Source: Octopus sinensis (taxonomy: Eukaryota). Taken from it: a stretch of 8,050 bases of DNA. Of the stretch, positions 1 to 5,747 are shown piece by piece. The notes beneath the pieces were generated by a model. That model searched no databases. It had not been told where the DNA came from and saw only the letters and a list, made by a program, of their open reading frames with translations. The DNA is taken from NCBI RefSeq assembly GCF_006345805.1, contig NW_021828559.1, forward strand, positions 1 to 8,050. The letters are read 5' to 3'. The first letter of the stretch is position 1, and each line of letters begins with the position of its first letter. Made by a program: the position numbers and the translations under genes.

Positions 1-5
1 TTCAG

Positions 6-92
6 TCCCACTAACGCTCCAAGATTTACATACCCGTTGGCTAACCTTACCTGGGTTATCCCACCTGTCGAAGCGATTTATCAGAACCACAG
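6..92 (+). other. Candidate 87-bp internal exon of an unidentified host gene
   Basis: TTCAG at 1-5 (acceptor context truncated by the window edge) and a consensus donor CAG|GTGAGT at 90-98. Length is a multiple of 3 and two frames are open (PTNAPRFTYPLANLTWVIPPVEAIYQNH or PLTLQDLHTRWLTLPGLSHLSKRFIRTT). No product recognised. Confidence 0.25.
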
Positions 93-244
93 GTGAGTGT
101 AGGGCTCCAGGTGGAAACCAAAGCAGTTGAAGCATCCCTAAGAATGCAACATGTTCCCCAGTCAAAGGGGCTACCTCCTCACGACACCTCATAGACCCCA
201 TACTCTTACACACAACGTGTGACTTCTCACACGTGTGGAATGAC

Positions 245-348
245 AATAAAGCAACGATATTTCTGTTGTTATAGCTCTGTCCTTTTGAGTGATCTTACCG
301 TTGTTGTATTACTCTTGTTGTGTTGTATTGTACTCTGTTGTGTTGACA
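245..348 (+). promoter_or_regulatory. Candidate polyadenylation signal with GT-rich downstream element (or LTR-like end)
   Basis: AATAAA at 245-250 followed by a GT-rich tract at about 300-345 containing a ~20-bp tandem duplication, ending in TGACA at 344-348. Confidence 0.25.
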
Positions 349-368
349 GCGTCATGTGATATTGTATC

Positions 369-1041
369 TTATGACATAATCAGTTGTGGTCGGATATTGG
401 TCGGTAATTTGTTTTTACATAATGATCAATGTTGTATAGCGTTTAACTGATGTTCTTTTGGGTTAACATGCAATTTAGTGTCATAAAAAAAATGAAAGTA
501 AATTGCTCTGAAAGCCACGATAATTTCATAAATCAGCGAAATTTTGAACCATTCTTTAAATTTTGTTGATCGAATGTTGAGAGCATCCATACACAAACTA
601 TCGAAAGACCGTAGATGATCGCCAAGAGCATTGTCACTCAAGTTGATAATGTTGAACGAAAGCTGCTTTATTTATATCGTGTCGTATGATGATGTGTTAC
701 AAAATAGGTTCAGAGGCCTTAAGAAGGCTATATTTATACTAACAAAACTAGAAAACTAAATACTCAACAGTGGAAAGCTTAATAAACAATCCAGTTTATT
801 TAAAATAGAATTTTTACTATGTTTCTGGTACCTAAGGTTTCCTGTAAGACAGATAAGGGCATTTTTCCCAACTAGAATTTATAGTACGAATAACGCTCCG
901 CTTTTAAGGCTAACGAGGGTGTGTACTCTCATATTTTGAATTTTGGTTGATAAATGCCAATCCCTGTTTGTAGGGAAAACCTTTGGGTACCAGGAAAGTA
1001 GCAAATATTGTTAAAAAGTAGAAACATTCATACAGGCTCAT
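369..1041 (-). pseudogene. Decayed leucine-rich-repeat (LRR) protein gene, possibly secreted or a receptor ectodomain
   Basis: Manual translation. ATG at 1041 gives MSLYECFYFLTIFATFLVPKGFPY (signal-peptide-like). An adjacent frame runs 1010->369 (214 codons) with only 4 internal stops and contains LVSLKSGAL, NLRYQKHSKNSI, LRPLNLFCNTS, FNIINLSDNAL, MDALNIRSTKF, IYFHFFYDTKL and IQH*SLCKNKL. These match LxxLxLxxN/TxL with 22-aa spacing in three of four consecutive intervals. The model needs one frameshift near 930. No homology search was run. Confidence 0.5.
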
Positions 1042-1042
1042 G

Positions 1043-1051
1043 CTCTCTCTA

Positions 1052-1111
<60 letters not shown>

Positions 1112-1143
1112 CTACCTTTCTCTCTCTCTCTCTTTCTTTCTTT
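1043..1143. repeat. (CT)n/(GA)n microsatellite, interrupted
   Basis: Directly visible CT dinucleotide array with two ctacctttctc interruptions. Confidence 0.95.
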
Positions 1144-1239
1144 GTCGCACACACACATACGCACATTTTTGCATCTGTGTATACTTAATATGTCAAGAGC
1201 TGATGGGAAAATGCTACGTATGTACAAGTGAGTGACTGA

Positions 1240-1242
<3 letters not shown>

Positions 1243-1270
<28 letters not shown>

Positions 1271-1326
1271 GTCATGTACACAGACACAGAGGCATATGTG
1301 TATGTATATATATATACATATATATA
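1243..1326. repeat. (TG)14 followed by a TA/TG mixed microsatellite
   Basis: TG array at 1243-1270 and a TA-rich array at about 1296-1326. Confidence 0.9.
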
Positions 1327-1599
1327 CCAATGCACAGACAGACGTTTCTCAATCGATTTCTCTATTTACGCTGCAATCTGTCTTGCTGTATCTCTCACTT
1401 TTCATCCCTCTTTTTTTTTATCTATGTCTATATTCCTCATCACTTCCACCATCATCATCCCGTCTCCCCACCACCTCTCTCTCTCCCTCCCTCCCGCCTC
1501 TCTCTCTCGCAATTAAATATCTAGAAAACAACGCGAGGCCCTTCTGGGTAACCTTTTCTGTCGTCTATTGTTTGAAATACTAACATTCCAATTAACCTT

Positions 1600-1620
1600 A
1601 CACACACACACACACACACA
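1600..1620. repeat. (CA)n microsatellite
   Basis: Directly visible. Confidence 0.95.
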
Positions 1621-1972
1621 TGTGCGCGTATATTTCCAGGCACGAACGAGGGAACCTCAAAGCAGTTTAACATGCCTACTAGAAACAACAGCTTAATCCT
1701 ATGTATCATATCACACCCATACACTTATAATCGGGAAATCATTGAATATTAATGCGTCCAGATGTAAGCCTAGGGGCCCAGGGCCTGAAAAGAAGAATGT
1801 GAAGGGATGGTCATGATTAGAAGGCTTTTTGTGATAACATACATGTCAGTGGATCAGAGCTAATCAGTGGCTGAATAATGTCAACAACATTCTCTAACAC
1901 ACTCACACTTTCTCAAGTTGATTTTTTCGGACTCTGTACAATAATATGGTAGAAAAAGAGAGAGAGACACCA

Positions 1973-2175
1973 TACTCTTTACTCTTTACTCTTTTACTTG
2001 TTTCAGTCATTTGGCTGCGGCCATGCTGGAGCACCGCCTTTAGTCGAGCAAATCGACCCCGGGACTTATTCTTTGTAAGCCCAGTACTCTATTCATCGGT
2101 CTCTTTTGCCGAACCGCTAGGTGACGGGGACGCAAACACACCAGCATCGGTTGCCAAGCAATGCTAGGGGGACAA

Positions 2176-2206
<31 letters not shown>

Positions 2207-2306
2207 AGCTTTGTCATATTTACATACCGAAATTTACCGGTAAATAATTGTTGGTTACATGAAAAACCACAGAAAAATTATTTACCATTTTTATTGCATT
2301 TATATA

Positions 2307-2337
<31 letters not shown>

Positions 2338-2503
2338 GATACGACAGGCTTCTTTCATTTTCCGTCTACCAATCCACTCACAAGGCATTGGTCGGCCCGG
2401 GGCTATAGCAGAAGACACTTGCCCAAGATGCCACGCAGAGGGACTGAACCCGGAGCCATGTGGTTGGTTAGCAAGCTACTTACCACACAGCCACTCCTGC
2501 GCC
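1973..2503 (-). mobile_element. Family-1 tRNA-derived SINE, full length, with a ~94-bp insertion in its internal microsatellite
   Basis: Minus strand starts GGCGCAGGAGTGGCTGTGTGGTAAG (A box TGGCTGTGTGG, B box GGTTCAGTCCC). It has a CORE-like TCTTGGGCAAGTGTCTT, an internal (TA)n(TG)n and a tail (AAGAGTA)3. It is colinear with the copies at 2581 and 6954. Confidence 0.93.
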
Positions 2504-2580
2504 TATTCATTTTTTTTTTATTAAAACTGAAAATGACTTTGTCTCGCGATTCCAGTGGCAGTTTCAATGAAAATTATATA

Positions 2581-2737
2581 GGAGTGGCTGTGTGGCAAGA
2601 AGCTTGCTTCCCAACCACGCGGTTCCTGGTTCAGTCCCACTGCGTACCATCTTAGGCAAGTGTCTTCTACTATAACCTCGGGCCGACCAAAGCCTTGTGA
2701 GTGGATTTGGTAGACGGAAACTGAAAGAAGCCCGTCG

Positions 2738-2778
<41 letters not shown>

Positions 2779-2957
2779 TTGTGTTTGTTCCCCCAACATC
2801 GGTTGACAACCGATGCTGGTGTGTTTACGTCCCTGTAACTTAACGGTTCGGCAAAGTAAGTATGAGGCTTACAAAGAATAAATCCGGAGGTCGATTTGCT
2901 CGACTAAAGGCGGTGCTCCAGCATAGCCGCAGTCAAATGATTGAAACAAGTAAAAAA
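2581..2957 (+). mobile_element. Family-1 SINE, near full length
   Basis: Runs from GGAGTGGCTGTGTGG to GCAGTCAAATGATTGAAACAAGTAAAAAA. Internal (TA)n(TG)n at about 2738-2785. It has a ~14-bp deletion near 2846 relative to the 6954 copy. Confidence 0.93.
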
Positions 2958-2959
2958 TA

Positions 2960-3098
2960 TAAGAATATATATCTATAGATATAGATAGATACACACATAC
3001 ATATATACACACATACATATATACACATATGTGTATATACATATGTATAGTTACATATTGTATATATACTTATATACATAAGTTCATATATATATATA
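2960..3098. repeat. TA/CA low-complexity array
   Basis: Directly visible and merges with the (TA)n tail of the family-3a SINE. Confidence 0.9.
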
Positions 3099-3382
3099 TT
3101 ACCGTGACCGACCAAGGCTATCTGATGTTTGCTATACATTGCTGGTCACAATGCGCTTCAAACGACGCCACCCTGCTGGCTAAGCGAGCAGGCCAACAGA
3201 AGAAAGAGTGAAAGTTGTGGTGAAAGAGTACAGCAGGGATCACCACCATCCCCTGCCGGAGCTTCGTGGAGCTTTAGGTGTTTTCGCTCAATAAACACTC
3301 ACAACGCCCGGTTTGGGAATCGAAACCGCGATCCTGCAACCGCGAGTTCGCTGCCCTAACCACTGGGCCATTGCGCCTCCAC
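3099..3382 (-). mobile_element. Family-3a tRNA-derived SINE (tRNA-Arg-like head)
   Basis: Minus strand GTGGAGGCGCAATGGCCCAGTGGTTAGGGCAGCG...GGTTTCGATTCCC has A and B boxes. The 5' ~185 bp align with 4344-4533. It ends in GGTCACGGTA(AT)n. Confidence 0.88.
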
Positions 3383-3385
3383 ACA

Positions 3386-3448
<63 letters not shown>

Positions 3449-3719
3449 GAACATACATACATAAGTTTGTGTGTGTGTTTATACATATATGTACATATGC
3501 AAACATATATATATATATATATACATATCATATGTACGAAACGACAATGTGTATATACTATAATATATATATATAATATATATCATATATATGTACGAAA
3601 TGTATGCACATATATATGTGTATATATCTGTGTTTTATATATATATTAAGATATATAAATATACATATATATTTACGATGTATGCACATATATATGTGTA
3701 TATATCTGTGTATTTATAT

Positions 3720-3765
<46 letters not shown>

Positions 3766-3780
3766 TAGATAATAGATAGC
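3381..3780. repeat. Compound (CA)n/(TA)n array with an internal 78-bp-period duplication
   Basis: An identical 34-mer ATGTATGCACATATATATGTGTATATATCTGTGT occurs at 3600-3633 and 3678-3711, within long TA runs. Confidence 0.92.
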
Positions 3781-4215
3781 TTAGATACATACAATATGGC
3801 TGAGGAAAAAAAATCCTTTGAGGGTTGCTTAGAATACTAATAACGCGTCGGAATCTTCAGAAAATAATCAGATGACGATGCATTTAGGAGAAGATCTTAT
3901 CTTGAAATTAGATAGTATTATTGGTAGCCTCACATTTATTTGCTATTTTTAGAGTTTTAAACACTCCGTGAAGGAGTTTTTATCTTCTAATTGCAATGAT
4001 AATCTCAGTTAATCTAAATTTTTTTTTCGGCTCACTATATTAACATATGCGAGACTCAACCGGCGTATTTATGTTCGTAGTACCCCAGGGGAGGTACGTT
4101 CGTACGTACATAAATATACAGATTTGTTAAACATACAGCAGCATTTGTGAAGCTTTCCCCAAGATTCTCCATTTTAGTTTTCCCTGCAATAAGTAGTCAC
4201 GTGTCCATACACACA

Positions 4216-4533
4216 TTTTTGTTTTGTTGCTTGTTCCTTCTCGAGCCATGGCTGGCTCATCAGGGCCGGTTTCCCGGTTTCCTTGGCGTATAGGTTATCC
4301 ACCTGGACGGGACGCCGGTCCATCGCAGGTAAGCTGCAAGATGCAGGAGGAAAGAGTGAGAGAAAGTTGTGGCGAAAGAATCAGCAGAGGTTTCGCCATT
4401 ACCTTCTGCCGTAGCTGCGTGGAGCTTTGGTGTTTCGCTCATAAACACACACATCGCCCGGTCTGAGATTCGAACCCACGATCCCTCGACCGTGAGTCCG
4501 TTGCTCTACCCACTAGGCCATGTGCCTCCACAC
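4216..4533 (-). mobile_element. Family-3b tRNA-derived SINE with a V-domain-like 3' module
   Basis: Head GTGGAGGCACATGGCCTAGTGG...GGGTTCGAATCTC. Minus-strand CCTGCGATGGACCGGCGTCCCGTCCAGG (4329-4302) resembles the V-SINE domain as I recall it. Tail is AAC/AAAC-rich. Confidence 0.88.
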
Positions 4534-4558
4534 GCATTTACAATTTAGTACTGGTACT

Positions 4559-4752
4559 GGCCTGAAATTTGAGGGGAGGTAATAGTCAATTACATCGAAT
4601 CCCAGCTTACAACTGGGTTTTATTTCATCGATCCACAAAGGACGAAAGGTAAAGTCGATTTTGGGCGGAATTTAAACTCAGAACGTGAAGACGGATGACG
4701 TGCCGCTAAGCATTTAGTCCGGCCCGGTAAAGATTCTACCAGCTCGCCGCCT
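4559..4752 (-). mobile_element. Family-2 tRNA-derived SINE, copy 1
   Basis: Minus strand begins AGGCGGCGAGCTGGTAGAATC, has a B-box-like GAGTTTAAATTCC, and a body ACTTTACCTTTCGTCCTTTGTGGATCGATGAAATAAA resembling the Meta/MESC-type central domain (assignment inferred). Confidence 0.88.
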
Positions 4753-4764
4753 TTCTGCTACTAC

Positions 4765-4903
4765 ATAATCTTTTCTACTATAGGCACAAGGCTTGAAATT
4801 TGAGGGAAGGGGATAATTGTTAACATCGACCCCAGTATACAACTGATTCTTATTTTATCGATCTGGAAAAGATGAAAAGCAAAGTCGACCTCGGCCGAAT
4901 TTA
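4765..4903 (-). mobile_element. Family-2 SINE, copy 2, head removed at the B box by MITE A
   Basis: Colinear with copy 1 from the tail to GTCGACCTCGGCCGAATTT, then switches abruptly to GGATCTTT at 4904. Confidence 0.87.
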
Positions 4904-5301
4904 GGATCTTTACCTTTTGACCTACAGATTAAAAAAATTTTTGTAACTAAACACTTTCAAACTTCGGACACTGTTAGAATGTATCATATAAAACATGTTT
5001 TACTCTTAGCATTTTTGAGAAAAACTTATATTTACGAAGTTATTTCACATTAAAGTTCTCGTATTTCGGTAATTTCAACCAATCAATGACGTGTATTCAA
5101 TAAAATTACTGCCGTTGTTTGTCAACAAGAACTTCCGGCGGTGTATATTTTGTTTGTCACTGTTATTTATGACAACCCTAACCTTAAAACCCTAACCCAA
5201 AACCAACCCTAAAACCCTAACCTACCCCTAAAACCCTAACCATAAAACTTTAAAGCCAGTACAAACGCATGAACGATGTCATAAATAACCTATAAAGCTC
5301 A
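4904..5301 (+). mobile_element. MITE A: non-autonomous DNA transposon, right end missing, relative of MITE B
   Basis: The first ~190 bp align with the reverse complement of 6185->5990 (GGATCTTT...AAACTTCG...TAGAATGT...TATAAAACAT...TGAGAAAA...AATTTCAACCAATCAATGACGT). It contains a CCCTAA-type array. No right TIR was found before the microsatellite at 5303. Confidence 0.75.
5175..5245. repeat. Degenerate telomere-like (CCCTAA/CCCTAAAA)n array internal to MITE A
   Basis: ACCCTAACCTTAAAACCCTAACCCAAAACCAACCCTAAAACCCTAACCTACCCCTAAAACCCTAACCATAA, bracketed by a perfect 13-bp inverted repeat at 5162-5174 and 5277-5289. Confidence 0.85.
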
Positions 5302-5302
5302 T

Positions 5303-5428
5303 TCTCTCTCTCTGTCTGTCTCTCTCTCTCCTCTCTTTCCCTCTGTCTGTTGTCTGTCTCTCTCTTTCCTTCTCTCTTTCCCTCTGTCTGTCTGTCTGTC
5401 TGTCTCTCTCGCTCTCTCTCTCTCTCTA
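5303..5428. repeat. (CT)n/(CTGT)n compound microsatellite
   Basis: Directly visible. Confidence 0.93.
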
Positions 5429-5523
5429 GAAAAGTCTTTTTCTGTGTTAGTGTCGAAGGTCTGCGGTTTGCTGACAAAGCAAGTGATTACGACGCACTTT
5501 ACTGAATTTATTTTTAAATTTAA

Positions 5524-5594
5524 CGTCAGTGGGTTTGAACCCGGAACCATGTGGTTCGTAAGTAAGCTACTTACCACACAGCCACTCATACGCC
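5524..5594 (-). mobile_element. Family-1 SINE, tRNA head only
   Basis: GGCGTATGAGTGGCTGTGTGGTAAGTAGCTTACTTACGAACCACATGGTTCCGGGTTCAAACCCACTG. Homology to family 1 stops just after the B box. Confidence 0.85.
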
Positions 5595-5742
5595 GAAAGG
5601 ATGAAAGGCAAAGTCTACATCGGCTGATATTTGAACTCAAAACGCGAAGACGGATGAAATGCCGCGGAATATTTTATTCGGCGTAAAGCCAGAAGAAATG
5701 TCTTTGTCCGCCATGCTAACGATTCTGCCACTTGGCACCCTT
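5595..5742 (-). mobile_element. Family-2 SINE, copy 3 (head plus start of body, with internal duplication)
   Basis: TGGCAGAATCGTTAGCATGGCGGACAAA...GAGTTCAAAT...GACTTTGCCTTTCATCCTTTC, fused directly to the family-1 head at 5594. Confidence 0.82.
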
Positions 5743-5747
5743 TAAAA

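Noticed and set aside
42-60. Minus-strand donor CAG|GTAAGG at 51/50 as a continuation of the LRR gene
   Set aside because: The LRR frame loses its periodicity and hits further stops below 369, and no open frame links it to this site.
870-925. Possible Helitron 3' end (CTAGT on the minus strand at 871-875)
   Set aside because: There is no convincing GC-rich subterminal hairpin or 5' TC end, and the segment is better explained as part of the LRR frame (LVSLKSGALFVL).
910-1724. ORF-track entries of 63-141 aa (ERERER, SLSLSL, CVCVCV, HTHTHT)
   Set aside because: They are open only because CT/CA/TG microsatellites lack stop codons and have no domain content. Only the last 43 codons of 910..1335 were kept, as the possible signal-peptide part of the LRR relic.
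1640-1764. Plus-strand exon candidate (TATTTCCAG acceptor, GAT|GTAAGC donor)
   Set aside because: It has stops in all three frames, a short pyrimidine tract and no recognisable peptide.
3300-3382. tRNA-like sequences here and at about 2430-2503, 2581-2645, 4465-4533, 4670-4752, 5524-5594 and 6954-7020
   Set aside because: They have A/B boxes but no complete acceptor stem and continue into SINE bodies, so they are SINE heads and not tRNA genes.
3796-3840. Mini-ORF MAEEKKSFEGCLEY* with a good start context
   Set aside because: At 14 codons it is expected by chance and has no supporting signal.
5175-5245. True telomere or chromosome-fusion scar
   Set aside because: The array is short, degenerate, single-orientation and embedded in a transposon whose relative carries a similar tract.
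5430-5510. Possible decayed right end and TSD of MITE A (TGAATTTA at 5503-5510 versus CGAATTTA at 4896-4903)
   Set aside because: No GATCC or TIR precedes it, and the interrupted SINE does not resume afterwards.
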